A stretch of 64,000 nucleotides of DNA, taken from assembly GCA_031553225.1 (NCBI GenBank), contig JAVBLU010000007.1:4300-68299 (forward strand), in the 5' to 3' direction. The position numbers and the translations under genes are program-made. This document shows positions 48,501-57,942 of this stretch, one piece after another. The notes beneath the pieces are model-generated. The model did not search any database, was not told the DNA's origin, and saw only the letters and a program-made list of their open reading frames with translations. How positions within the stretch are numbered: the first letter of the stretch is position 1; every line of letters starts with the position of its first letter. Source of the stretch: Eubacteriales bacterium. Lineage in GTDB: Bacteria > Bacillota > Clostridia > Christensenellales > UBA1750.

Positions 48501-51500
48501 CGCCGGACAACGTGCAAACCATGCCGAACAAGGGTCCCGCGCGGCGAACCTCCCCCACGAACATCGGGCTGTACCTGGCGTCCTGCGCCGCCGCGCATGC
48601 GCTCGGGTTCATCTCCGCCACCGAGCTTGCGCGGCGGTGCGGCCAAACGCTTCAGGCGCTGGAGGGGCTGCCCAAGTGGCGCGGGCACACCCTCAACTGG
48701 GTATCCACGGCCGACCTGACCGCCCTGGCGCCCCGTTACGTATCCGCCGTGGACAGCGGGAACCTGGCCGCCTGCCTGTGGACGCTCAGCCAGGCGCTGC
48801 GCGCCGTGTCCGGCGAGGACGCCGAGCTTTTGCGTCGCGGCGTGGAGGCCCGCCTGCGCGTGGCCGCCGAGGAAGGATTCGACGCGGAGGGACCGCTGCA
48901 CGCCCTGTTGTCGGACGCGCCGGACAAGGGCCTGCGCGCTTGCGCCGCCGCGCTGGCCGACGCCCCCCTTCCCCTGGCCGCGGAAGGGGGGGCCGCGGCC
49001 GCCTCCGCCGTGCGCGCCCTGGCCATGCCCGTCGCCCGCCAGGAGCTGCTGCGCCTGGCCGAGCGCGCCGACGCCCTGGCGGACGCCATGGACTTTGCCG
49101 CCCTGTACGACCCGCACCGCCGCCTGTTTGCCATCGGCTTTGACATGGAAGCGGACGCGCTCTCGGACGCGCACTACGACCTGCTCGCCTCGGAATCGCG
49201 GCTCTTGTCCTTCGTGGCCATCGCCAAGGGCGACGTGCCGGCCGAGCACTTTTCCCGCCTCGGGCGGCCGGTGGGCATGACGGGCAGGGGCGCTGTGCTC
49301 CTCTCCTGGGGCGGCACGATGTTCGAGTACCTCATGCCCCCGCTCCTGCTCACCGAGCGGCCCGGATCTCTCCTGCACCAGACGGCCGTCAACGCCGTTT
49401 GGGCGCAGCGGGCGCGGGACGCCAAAGCGCCCTGGGGCGTGTCCGAGTCGGGCTACTGCGCCTTCGACCTGCAGCTCAACTACCAGTACCGCGCCTTTGG
49501 CGTCACGTCGCTTGCCCTGCGCGGCGGCACCGAGGAGGACATGGTGGTTGCGCCTTACGCCTCCGCGCTGGCGCTTTGCGTGCAGCCGTCCGCCGCGGCC
49601 GGCAACATGCGCCTCATGGCGCAGATGGGATGGCTAACCCCCGAGGGCTTCATCGAGGCCGCGGACTATGCCCCCGCGCGCACGGAGGGCGAACGCTACC
49701 GCCTGGTGCGCAGCGGCATGGCGCACCACCAGGGCATGACGCTGCTCTCGCTGTGCAACGCCTTAACGGACGGCCTTATGCGGGCGCTGTTTCTCGCCGA
49801 CCCTCGCGTTTTGGCGCACGACCTGCTCCTTCAGGAGCGCGCGGGGCTCCCGCCGCGCCTCCCCGAGCGCCGTGCCCTGCAGCTGTCCGAGGCGCCCCTG
49901 CGCCGACCGCCCCGCATGCAGCGCAGGTGCGTGGACGGTCACTCCCCCCTACCCGACACGCACCTGCTGGCGGGCGGGGGTACGATGCTCGTGTGCACGG
50001 CGGCCGGGCTGTGCTTCGCCGGCCGGGACGGCACGCGCTGGAACCGCTACGGATCCGACCCGTCGGATACGCGCTACGGCATCTGCTTCTACCTGCGCGA
50101 CCCGGACACGGACGAAGTATGGGGAGCGCATCCCCGCGGCGGCGGAAGCGCGCAGGAATCCGCCTGCGTCTTTTCCCCCGACCGCGCCGTGTACACGCGC
50201 CTCTGCGGCGGCATACACTCCACGCTCACGGCCTTCGTATCGCCGGAAAACGGCGCGGTGCTCGTTACGCTGGAGCTTGTGAATCGCTCCGAGCGCACCC
50301 GGACGATCGAGGCGACCTCCTTCTTTGAGGCGACGCTCTCCCCGCACGACGCGGACGTGGCGCACCAGGCCTTCCGCAACCTGTTCATCGAAGCGCAGCC
50401 CGTGCCCGACGGAGTGCTCCTGTCCCGCCGCCCGCGCGAACAGGGCGGGGCGACCGAGCGGCTGCTGCACGTCTGCCTTGCAGCGGACGGCGCGCCTCCG
50501 CCCGATTTTACGGCCGGTCGCGCCGCGTTCCTTCACCGCGGCCAGGACGCGCGCCACCCGCTTGGCCTGCACGAAGCGCTGCCGGGCGAAGCGGGCGGCG
50601 TGCTGGACCCGTGCGCCGCGCTCCGCCGCGTCGTTTCCCTGCCTTCCGGAGGCCGCGCAGAGCTGACTTTTGCGCTGTGCTCCGCCGCGTCGCCCGAGGA
50701 AGCCCGCGCCTTCTGCGACTCGCTGCGCGGTGATGGCGTGCGCCGCGCGCTGGATCTGGCGGGTACGTACGCCCAGGTGGAAACGACGTATCTGGGCCTC
50801 ACCCGTCCGCAGTTCAAAACCTGGCACCGCGCGGCAGCCTGCGCGCTGTTCGCGGGCCTTCCGCCCGGCTCGCGCGCGCCCTACCTGCCCGCCTGCCGCG
50901 GCACGGCGGCAGATCTGTGGCGCTTCGGGCTGTCCGGAGACCTGCCCATCGTAGCGGTGCGCCTGAACGACGTATCCCAGCTGGCGCTTCTGCGCCAGGC
51001 GCTGCAGATGCACGCGCTGTGGCGCCTTAAAGGCCTGCAGGCCGATCTGCTCGTGCTGAACGAATCAGGCGGTGATTACCTGCGCCCGCTGCATACGCGC
51101 ATCCTGGAGGAAGTGGAGCACAGCGGCGCGCGCGAGCGCGTGGCCCGGCCGGGCGGGGTCTACCTGGTGGACGGCCACGCGCTGAGCGATGAGAGCCGGG
51201 CCTTCCTGCTCGGCGTATCCTGCCTGTTGCTGCAGGGCGAGGGCGACATCGCCAAAGAGCTCGCCCTCATCGGCCGGGCGGACCCCGGGCAAGCGGCCGG
51301 GATTCGCCCGCGGCCGGCCCTCGCCCCTTCCGCCCTGCCCATCGCGCGCTTGGCGTCGGACAACGGCGTGGGCGGCTTTGACGCTACCGCCTACGTGGTG
51401 CGCCTGCACGACGGCCGCGGCGCGCCTGCGCCCTGGTGCAACGTGCTGGCGAACGAGCGCTTCGGCGCGCTCGTCTCCGACCGCGGCACAGGCTATACCT

Positions 51501-53701
51501 GGGCGGAAAACGCGCGCGAGGCGCAGATCACGCCCTTCACGAACGATCCGGTGAGCGACCCGTACGCCGAGTGCCTGTACCTGCGCGACGAGGCCGGCGC
51601 GGCGTGGTCGCCGCTGCCCGGACCGGCATCCCCGCCGGGCGAGACGCGCTGCCGCCACGACATAGGCGCCACCTATTTTTACAGCGCGGCGGGCGGGCTG
51701 CTCGGCGCCGTATCCGTGCATGTGGACGCGGCACTCCCCGTGAAATGCTATCTGCTCACCCTGGACAACCCCTCGCCCCGCGAGCGCCGCCTGACGGCCT
51801 TCTTTGCCGCGCGGCTGCGCATGGGCTGCGCCGTGGACGACTGCTTTACCGCCAGCGCTCCCTCGGAGGACGGCGCGTATGTATACGGCCGCGCGCTGCG
51901 CGGCGGCATGCCCGGCGTAAGCCTCGCCTGGGCCCCGGGACGGCAGGCCGTTCTGGGCGGCGACCTGCGCCCCTTCTTTGGCGAGGGCGGACCGGAGAAC
52001 CCGGACGCGCTTGGCGAGGCGCAGTGGTCGGGCTCGTTTTCAGGATCGCTCCCCGGCCTGATCCTCGCCGCAGAGGTGAGCGTGCCCGCAGGCGGCCAGG
52101 CGCAGGTGGCCTTCGCGCTGGGCTGGGTGCAGGATGAAGCCTCCGCGCCCGCCCTCCTGCGCGCCTTCCAGCCGCAGCGCTCGCTGAAAGGGGCGCTCAA
52201 GGCCTGGTCCGCGCGCCTGTCGGCTTTTACGCTTCCGGATAAATCGCCCGAGGCGCAGCTCGCGTGCCGGTGGCTTCCCTATCAAACGTGGGCCTGCCGC
52301 ATGTGGGGCCGCACGGGGTTCTACCAGGCGGGCGGCGCGTTCGGCTTCCGCGACCAGCTGCAGGACTGCCTGCTGATCGTTCACTACGACCCCGCGCTGG
52401 TTCGCGCCCATCTGCTGCGCTGCGCCGCGCACCAGTTTGAGGAGGGCGACGTGCAGCACTGGTGGCACGAGCCCCGCCGCGGCGTGCGCACGCGCATCAG
52501 CGACGACATGCTCTTTTTGCCTTACGTGCTGTGCGATTATGTTCAGGTGACCGGCGACCGCACGATCCTTTCCGAGGTCGTTCCCTACTTAAGCGCGCCG
52601 CCCCTGCCGGACGGACGCGAGGACGATTATGGCTCGCCCGGCGTTTCCCAGCAGCAGGAAAGCCTGCTGGGCCACGCGCGGCGGGCGATCAGCCGCGCAT
52701 GCCGCTTCGGCGCGCACGGCCTGCCTTTGATGGGCACGGGCGACTGGAACGACGCCATGAACCGCGTGGGCGCGCAGGGGCGCGGCGAATCCGTTTGGCT
52801 TGCCTGGCTTCTCATCACGGTGCTGCAACAATTTGCCGCGCTGCTGCGGCAGGAGGAACAGGCGAGCGAGGCGGCCATGCTGGAAGGCACGGCCCGCGAG
52901 GTGCTCGCCGCGGTGGAGGAGCACGGCTGGGACGGCATGTGGTACCGCCGCGCCTTTGACGACGACGGACAGCCGCTCGGCTCGCTTTCCGGGCGCGAAT
53001 GCCGGATCGACTTAATCGCTCAAAGCTGGGCGGTTATCTGCGGCGCGGGTGACCGCGGCCGGGCGCAGCAGGCGCTGGACTGCGCCATGGAAGAACTGCT
53101 GGACGAGCAGTCGGGCGTTTTGCGCCTTCTGTGGCCGCCCTTCAACGGCGCGCAGTATCAGCCCGGGTACATCCAGGGCTACCTCCCCGGCGTGCGCGAA
53201 AACGGCGGCCAGTACACGCACGCCGCGGCCTGGGCCGTGATGGCGCTGGCCATGGAGGGCGACATGGAGCGCGCCTGGGCGCTCTTCCGTCTGCTGCTGC
53301 CCACTTCGCGCACCGACAGCCCCGAGGGCGTTTTCGCCTACAAAACCGAGCCGTACGTGATGGCCGCCGACGTGTACTCGTGCGCGCCGCACGCCGGCCG
53401 GGGCGGCTGGACGTGGTACACCGGCTCCGCCGCGTGGATGGCGCGCGTGTACCGCGAACACCTGCTTGGCCTCACGGTCCGCGGCGGCCGCGTGCGCCTT
53501 GCGCCGCGCTGGACGCCTTCGGGCGAGGCGCACGCGGACATCCGCCGCGAGAAGACGACGCTTTGCCTGCACGCCTTTTGCGGGCCCGGCCCGCTGCGCG
53601 TCACCCTGGACGGCGCCCCTGTCGCGGGCGAGGATGTGGCCATGCCGACGGACGGCCGCACGCATGAGGCCGTGTTCGACCGGCGGCCGGTTGCGCAGTA
53701 A
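45533..53701 (+). CDS. Cyclic beta-1,2-glucan synthase-like protein (GT84 + cyclisation domain + GH94 phosphorylase; Cgs/NdvB type)
   Basis: GWERKRG, ITLDQDT, GKGVYD, SHDLIEG and RWTRGDWQ; TSPTNIG, YDLLASE.RL, SWGGTMFEYLMP and WGVSES; GGAFGFRDQLQD, GDWND, ENGGQYTHAA and GGWTWYTGSA. Confidence 0.9.
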   Translation: MSAPFFIWLTIGLCMLAVAAVGYVARLTRALSLPPAPRSARLSDEELVEHARDLAVQIRLQGIRPAAPAAGVTRQLQQCHAKLAQAAVRGEELVPASRWVIDHAPRLLESAAALQERLVRVPMLPAPSKGIYAGLPRIYALAAELCAHTDAHVCRENIDRFLRAYQATAPLRLAELWAMPLMLQHALLLQAVAVAQDCVRAQDQRRTADAFADALQAGSALYPGEPKGFGAAFVERLAARLREEAAPSDAMGWLQDRLRERDVQLDLVIASEHRRQARNQAVIGNAVTSLRLLTQLNWTEVCEALSPVDAELRADPAGVYPRMDLPSRDLYRRAVTRMSVASGKPESFVAHAALQLSRDHEADDRRAHVGWYLLSGGEGALIETIGRVWLPMRVARFFRAHAQTLYVLGAWALSTGLSLLGAYVLRAQFFWPYAAFLLTVPAQTAAQIWLIRIVRRLCPPRILPRLAPGDMTGKNALLVVPTLITSPEKAAALARSLETHYLSNRLPELSFALLTDFADADAASLPGDAAVLAAAQEQIDALNCRWGKRFYLLHRPRMWNATQRRFMGWERKRGALLELNRFLLGGVSGFVDADSALVGVTHVITLDQDTMLPPGAAAQLLGVALHPLNRVGEVEGRRVGTAVFAPRAGTPLSHISTRLQKMMGGPAGVDYYASAVSDVYQDLCGQGIFCGKGVYDVRAFHDATSSALPLNAILSHDLIEGLLSGAALVSDVVLFDAPPQTLHSFAMRLHRWTRGDWQLLPFLLPYAKDAHGRPRRTGFSLLAGYKIFDNLRRSLAPAAFVLCALAAAWLRLPGLLYIAFVLTFFDWVFLVFAVFQPARYRDIGRQLAQTLQRLALSPLEAALGVDAAVRSLVRVLFTRRHLLDWVTAADADRTARRSYLRRCAAGPALGVAMLLSPFFGFGPSTPALDLCALLLGALWALLPAFAAYLSRPLPPAARPDAADEPFLRGAALRTWRFFEQSVTDAEHGLPPDNVQTMPNKGPARRTSPTNIGLYLASCAAAHALGFISATELARRCGQTLQALEGLPKWRGHTLNWVSTADLTALAPRYVSAVDSGNLAACLWTLSQALRAVSGEDAELLRRGVEARLRVAAEEGFDAEGPLHALLSDAPDKGLRACAAALADAPLPLAAEGGAAAASAVRALAMPVARQELLRLAERADALADAMDFAALYDPHRRLFAIGFDMEADALSDAHYDLLASESRLLSFVAIAKGDVPAEHFSRLGRPVGMTGRGAVLLSWGGTMFEYLMPPLLLTERPGSLLHQTAVNAVWAQRARDAKAPWGVSESGYCAFDLQLNYQYRAFGVTSLALRGGTEEDMVVAPYASALALCVQPSAAAGNMRLMAQMGWLTPEGFIEAADYAPARTEGERYRLVRSGMAHHQGMTLLSLCNALTDGLMRALFLADPRVLAHDLLLQERAGLPPRLPERRALQLSEAPLRRPPRMQRRCVDGHSPLPDTHLLAGGGTMLVCTAAGLCFAGRDGTRWNRYGSDPSDTRYGICFYLRDPDTDEVWGAHPRGGGSAQESACVFSPDRAVYTRLCGGIHSTLTAFVSPENGAVLVTLELVNRSERTRTIEATSFFEATLSPHDADVAHQAFRNLFIEAQPVPDGVLLSRRPREQGGATERLLHVCLAADGAPPPDFTAGRAAFLHRGQDARHPLGLHEALPGEAGGVLDPCAALRRVVSLPSGGRAELTFALCSAASPEEARAFCDSLRGDGVRRALDLAGTYAQVETTYLGLTRPQFKTWHRAAACALFAGLPPGSRAPYLPACRGTAADLWRFGLSGDLPIVAVRLNDVSQLALLRQALQMHALWRLKGLQADLLVLNESGGDYLRPLHTRILEEVEHSGARERVARPGGVYLVDGHALSDESRAFLLGVSCLLLQGEGDIAKELALIGRADPGQAAGIRPRPALAPSALPIARLASDNGVGGFDATAYVVRLHDGRGAPAPWCNVLANERFGALVSDRGTGYTWAENAREAQITPFTNDPVSDPYAECLYLRDEAGAAWSPLPGPASPPGETRCRHDIGATYFYSAAGGLLGAVSVHVDAALPVKCYLLTLDNPSPRERRLTAFFAARLRMGCAVDDCFTASAPSEDGAYVYGRALRGGMPGVSLAWAPGRQAVLGGDLRPFFGEGGPENPDALGEAQWSGSFSGSLPGLILAAEVSVPAGGQAQVAFALGWVQDEASAPALLRAFQPQRSLKGALKAWSARLSAFTLPDKSPEAQLACRWLPYQTWACRMWGRTGFYQAGGAFGFRDQLQDCLLIVHYDPALVRAHLLRCAAHQFEEGDVQHWWHEPRRGVRTRISDDMLFLPYVLCDYVQVTGDRTILSEVVPYLSAPPLPDGREDDYGSPGVSQQQESLLGHARRAISRACRFGAHGLPLMGTGDWNDAMNRVGAQGRGESVWLAWLLITVLQQFAALLRQEEQASEAAMLEGTAREVLAAVEEHGWDGMWYRRAFDDDGQPLGSLSGRECRIDLIAQSWAVICGAGDRGRAQQALDCAMEELLDEQSGVLRLLWPPFNGAQYQPGYIQGYLPGVRENGGQYTHAAAWAVMALAMEGDMERAWALFRLLLPTSRTDSPEGVFAYKTEPYVMAADVYSCAPHAGRGGWTWYTGSAAWMARVYREHLLGLTVRGGRVRLAPRWTPSGEAHADIRREKTTLCLHAFCGPGPLRVTLDGAPVAGEDVAMPTDGRTHEAVFDRRPVAQ

Positions 53702-53777
53702 ACGCAGTCGTTTCCTCTGTTCACGGCGGCATGTTTGTGATAGAATAGTCAAACACGAGTCCAAAGGAGAGATGGAA

Positions 53778-54713
53778 ATGCCTCTGGTCAATACGAAGGA
53801 AATGTTTAAAAAGGCGTACGCGGGCGGATACGCGGTGGGCGCGTTCAACGTCAACAACATGGAAATGGTGCAGGCCATCACCGAAGCGGCTAAGCTGGAG
53901 AACGCGCCGCTCATCCTGCAGGTGTCCTCCGGCGCGCGCAAATACGCCAAGCACGTCTATCTGATGAAGCTGATCGAGGCGGCCGTGGAGGACACGGGCC
54001 TGCCCATCGCGGTGCACCTGGACCACGGCGACTCGTTCGAATTGTGCAAGTCGTGCATCGACGGCGGCTTTACGTCCGTGATGATCGACGGCTCGCACCA
54101 CTCCTTCGCCGACAACATCGCCGTAACCCGGCAGGTGGTGGAGTACGCGCACGCCCGCGGGGTAAGCGTGGAAGGCGAGCTCGGCCGCCTTGCGGGTATC
54201 GAGGACGCGGTGAACGTCTCCTCCGAGGACGCCCAGTTTACCGACCCCGACGAGGTGTGCGAGTTTGTGGAAAAAACCGGCGTGGACTCTTTGGCCATCG
54301 CCATCGGCACCTCGCACGGCGCGTACAAGTTTAAGCCCGGCCAAACGCCCCGCCTGCGCTTCGACGTTCTGGAGGAGATCAGCAGGCGGCTTGCGGGCTT
54401 TCCCATCGTGCTGCACGGCGCGTCCTCGGTGATGCCCGAGTACGTCAAGATGATCAACGAGTTCGGAGGGGCCATGCCCGACGCCATCGGCATCCCCGAG
54501 GAGATGCTGCGCAAGGCCGCGTCCATGGCCGTGTGCAAGATCAACATCGATTCCGACCTGCGCCTGGCCATGACGGGCGAGATCCGCCGCCACTTCGCCC
54601 AGCACCCCGACCACTTCGATCCGCGCCAGTACCTGACCGACGCCAGAAACGGCGTGCGCGACATGGTGCGCCACAAGCTGACCGCGGTTCTTGGCTGCAA
54701 CGGCAAGGCGTAG
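53778..54713 (+). CDS. fba: Class II fructose-1,6-bisphosphate aldolase
   Basis: AVGAFNVNNME, VHLDHG, SVMIDGS, VEGELG, IGTSHGAYK, VLHGASS and KINIDSD. Confidence 0.97.
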   Translation: MPLVNTKEMFKKAYAGGYAVGAFNVNNMEMVQAITEAAKLENAPLILQVSSGARKYAKHVYLMKLIEAAVEDTGLPIAVHLDHGDSFELCKSCIDGGFTSVMIDGSHHSFADNIAVTRQVVEYAHARGVSVEGELGRLAGIEDAVNVSSEDAQFTDPDEVCEFVEKTGVDSLAIAIGTSHGAYKFKPGQTPRLRFDVLEEISRRLAGFPIVLHGASSVMPEYVKMINEFGGAMPDAIGIPEEMLRKAASMAVCKINIDSDLRLAMTGEIRRHFAQHPDHFDPRQYLTDARNGVRDMVRHKLTAVLGCNGKA

Positions 54714-54779
54714 GCGCCGGGCATCCGGCCCCGCAAGGTAAGGCAACGAGCGTCAGCATACGAAAGGAGGTCGTGCCGC

Positions 54780-55253
54780 ATGCCGGAGGCGGAGCACAAA
54801 CCGCTTGCGCAAAACCGCAAGGCGCGGCACGACTACTTTGTTGAGGACACGCTGGAGGCGGGGTTGGAGCTGTACGGCACGGAGGTGAAGTCCATCCGCG
54901 CCGGGGCGTGCAACCTGAAGGACTGCTACGCCGCCGTGAAGGACGGCCAGGTTTTCGTGCACGGCATGCACATATCGCCCTACGAAAAGGGCAACGTGTT
55001 CAACCGCGACCCCCTGCGGCCCAAGCGGCTGCTGCTGCACAAGAGCGAGATTCGCTACCTGCAGGGCGAGGTGATGCGCGAGGGGCGCACGCTGGTGCCC
55101 CTGTCGCTGTATCTGGTGAAGGGCCGGGTGAAGCTGCAGCTGGCCGTGTGCAAGGGCAAGAAGCTGTACGACAAGCGCGACGACGCCGCCGAGCGCGACG
55201 CCGAGCGCGATATGGAGCGCGCCCTGCGCAACGAGCGGCGCCGGGAGGGATAG
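54780..55253 (+). CDS. smpB: SsrA-binding protein
   Basis: [40 protein letters not shown] and KGKKLYDKR. Confidence 0.98.
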   Translation: MPEAEHKPLAQNRKARHDYFVEDTLEAGLELYGTEVKSIRAGACNLKDCYAAVKDGQVFVHGMHISPYEKGNVFNRDPLRPKRLLLHKSEIRYLQGEVMREGRTLVPLSLYLVKGRVKLQLAVCKGKKLYDKRDDAAERDAERDMERALRNERRREG

Positions 55254-55255
55254 GC

Positions 55256-55737
55256 ATGGCGTTCCCCACGCGCATCGTGGCCGCCGCGGGCTATGTGCCG
55301 GACCGCGCGGGCCGCGTGCTGCTTATCAAAACACAGCACCGCGGATACGATTGTACCGGAGGCCAGATCGAGGCCGGCGAAAGCGTGGAGCAAGGCGTGC
55401 TGCGGGAAATTCTGGAGGAGAGCGGCGGCGTCGCCCGGGTGCGCGCGCTCGTGGGCGTCTACTCGGTGGTGTCGCAGGGCGTGTACGACGACGGCACAAC
55501 CCCCGTGCCCGCCAAGGTGGTGTTCGGTTTTCTGTGCGGCTAGGAATCCGGCGACCTGCGCACCTGCGAGGAATCCTCCGAGGTGTTGTGGTGTGATCCG
55601 CAGGAAGCGCTGGCGCTTGTGAGCGCCCCGGCCAGCCGCATGCGGCTGGAAAACGCCCTGCGCTTTCATGGCCGAACGCGCCTGGCGCCTAGGAATTGCA
55701 TCCGGTCTTCCGTCTGCTCAGCGACCGCCTTCTGTAG
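55256..55737 (+). pseudogene. Interrupted NUDIX hydrolase
   Basis: NUDIX box GGQIEAGESVEQGVLREILEESG; in-frame TAG at 55541-55543, then ESGDLRTCEESSEVLW...; a shifted frame gives *ELHPVFRLLSDRLL* (TAG at 55690 and 55735). Confidence 0.75.
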
Positions 55738-55816
55738 CGCAAGGGCGGTCTTTTTGTCGCCGTGCGCCGTGGGCCCCGGCATGCCACGCGCCAAAGCCGC
55801 ATAGCATGGGCCGGGG

Positions 55817-56311
55817 GTGGTGGATTTGCCCAAGGACCGTCCGGCGTTCCGCGGGCTGGCCGGCGTGGCCGGCGCGCTGGCCGCCTTGCTGCCGAGCGCT
55901 TTGGGCGCGGCCTTGCTGCCCGCGCATATGGCGTGGTACGCTTCGCTGGCCATGCCGCCCCTGCCCATACCGGCGGCTGCGCCGGCGTGGGCCTTCGCCG
56001 CGGCATGCGCGCTCTTTGGCGTCACGGCCGGGCTGCTGGCACAGCGCTACATCAAGGAAAAGGACGTGGAGCGCCGCACGGCCGCGCTGACGCTCGCGCG
56101 GCTTTTCCTTCTGCTGCTTGTGCCGTGCGCCTTTGCCATGCGCCAAATCGCACTGTGCGTGCTCGCGGCGTTTATGCTGCCCGTATCAGCCGCGGCTCTG
56201 TGCGGCCGCGCCCGGCCCTTGTGCCCGGCCGCGCCGTATCTGCTGGCCGCCGAGGCGCTTCCGGAGAGCGCGCTTCTTGTTTTTGCGTACGCCCTGGCGC
56301 TGCTTAATTAG
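55817..56311 (+). CDS. Membrane protein, divergent TspO/MBR-like
   Basis: WYASLAMPPLP.PAAAPAW resembles the TspO WY..L.KP...PP.W motif; about five hydrophobic helices. Confidence 0.5.
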   Translation: MVDLPKDRPAFRGLAGVAGALAALLPSALGAALLPAHMAWYASLAMPPLPIPAAAPAWAFAAACALFGVTAGLLAQRYIKEKDVERRTAALTLARLFLLLLVPCAFAMRQIALCVLAAFMLPVSAAALCGRARPLCPAAPYLLAAEALPESALLVFAYALALLN

Positions 56312-56404
56312 GCGGACGCAGGCGCGCATCCGCGCAGGCGGGTGCCCATGAGAAAGCGGCGAGCGCCCCGCTCAGGGCGCTCGCCGCTTGACCACCGCCG
56401 GACG

Positions 56405-57793
56405 CTACGGCACGGCCAGGTCGATATAATACTCTTTGTCATAGTACGTGAAATACACGGCGATATAGTAGGTCCCCTCTTCGTAGGGGATGGGCTGTCC
56501 CGGTTCCACGTAGTGCGCTCCGGTCGTGGACGTGTACAGGATGGAGCGCACCTGCGCGCGTTCGGGCAGGTGATAGACGTAGGACGGAGGCGAGCCGCGC
56601 GGGTCGCCCTCTATGTACGCCGCGCTGAGCGTATACGGCACGGCCTTTGCGGGCACCAGGCTTTCCGCGCGTGCGATGTATCCCTGCCCGTTCAGCGTAA
56701 AGAGGGCCTCGAAGCGCACCGTGTACGGCTCGCTTCGGCGGGGGAAGCTGGCAGCGCCCCCCGGCATGTCGGCTTCCTGGCCTTCCTCGCCGCCGGCGAG
56801 TGACAGCATGCGCCCCCCGCGGGGCAGCCGGCACAGGGCGGTGACGGTCTCCGGCCGTACGAGGGTGGTCAGCTGCAGGTACTGCCCGCCGTCCGCGTCC
56901 GGGTCGGGCTCCGGATCGGGCGGGCCTTCGGCGGCCGCTTCGCCCCGAATGGCAAAGGTCGTCAGCGTCTCCACCGTGCGGACCGATCCCGCCTGCACAT
57001 AGCCTTCCGTTTGGCCCGAACGCACCCGGCAGCGGCTGCCGCTTCCCTCCATCAGCAGGGGCGCGCCGGGCGGTAGCGTGCCCGTCTGCGGCGCGCCGTC
57101 CTGCGGCCCGGCGTACACGGGGGTTTCCTTCAGCGTCACCGCAAGCGGCAACGCGTCCGTGTCCATGGGCGTCAGCTTTCCGCTCGCCTTGGCCACATAC
57201 ACCGCGTCAAAGCCGGAAAGTACCAGGTAGGCGTCCTTCTCCTCCAGCAGCAGCGGGTACTCCGCCCCTTCCCTCAGCAGCTTCTTGCGGCCGGTCATAT
57301 CCTGCCGGAAGAAGGCGTTGTCCCCTTCGGTCATGTACACCGCCGCGGGCAGTGCCACGGCGGTCATGCTGGCTGCGGGCGCCTCGCCCATGCCCGCAAG
57401 CGTCACGCGAATCTGCGTTTTTCCCTGTGGCAGCACCACCCGCAGGCGCAGGCGCGCGCTCTCCCCCGGCATCAGGGACAGCGCGACCGTCCCGGCGGCC
57501 TGCTCTGCTGCCGCAAAGGCGTACGGCTGCGCGCGCAGGTCCGCCGAGGCGATGGGCACAGCCCCAAGCACGCCGCTGCAACGCGCTTCCACCCTGCCCT
57601 CCATGCGGATGCGGCCCTGGTTGCGCACGTCCACGTCGAAGGCGAATAACCGCCCGGCGACCGGCGTCGCCTCGCCCGCCGCCACAAGCAGCGTAAGACC
57701 CGCCGCCCTGGCGGGTATGGGTGAAACCGCCGCGCAGCACACAAGCGCCAATACAAGAGCCAAAGCTTTCCTCCCGCGCGCCGCGCGCCTCAT
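56405..57793 (-). CDS. Secreted multi-domain protein with SH3b-like domains
   Basis: Signal peptide ending PARA; ETPVYAGP...GTLPPG...GYVQAGSV SH3-like repeat; G-rich RBS. Confidence 0.7.
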   Translation of the reverse strand: MRRAARGRKALALVLALVCCAAVSPIPARAAGLTLLVAAGEATPVAGRLFAFDVDVRNQGRIRMEGRVEARCSGVLGAVPIASADLRAQPYAFAAAEQAAGTVALSLMPGESARLRLRVVLPQGKTQIRVTLAGMGEAPAASMTAVALPAAVYMTEGDNAFFRQDMTGRKKLLREGAEYPLLLEEKDAYLVLSGFDAVYVAKASGKLTPMDTDALPLAVTLKETPVYAGPQDGAPQTGTLPPGAPLLMEGSGSRCRVRSGQTEGYVQAGSVRTVETLTTFAIRGEAAAEGPPDPEPDPDADGGQYLQLTTLVRPETVTALCRLPRGGRMLSLAGGEEGQEADMPGGAASFPRRSEPYTVRFEALFTLNGQGYIARAESLVPAKAVPYTLSAAYIEGDPRGSPPSYVYHLPERAQVRSILYTSTTGAHYVEPGQPIPYEEGTYYIAVYFTYYDKEYYIDLAVP

Positions 57794-57942
57794 GCGGCTC
57801 CCCCCCTTCCCATTCCTTCGCCAGACCCGCCTGTGAGGCAATTATATCATAATATGACAGAAAAAAACCGCCCGCCGCCGTATTGGGGTTGTGAATCCAG
57901 CGCGGCATGGCGTATAATGGAGCGGTTGGGAGGCGGCTGTTG

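Noticed and set aside
55541-55543. Genome-wide TAG reassignment (alternative genetic code) suggested by the NUDIX ambers
   Set aside because: TAG ends several conserved genes at their expected termini in this window (dfx 10330, ferritin 10852, smpB 55253, fba 54713), and no pyl genes are present here.
54713-55820. tmRNA (ssrA) next to smpB
   Set aside because: No tRNA-like ends or tag reading frame were found in the flanks.
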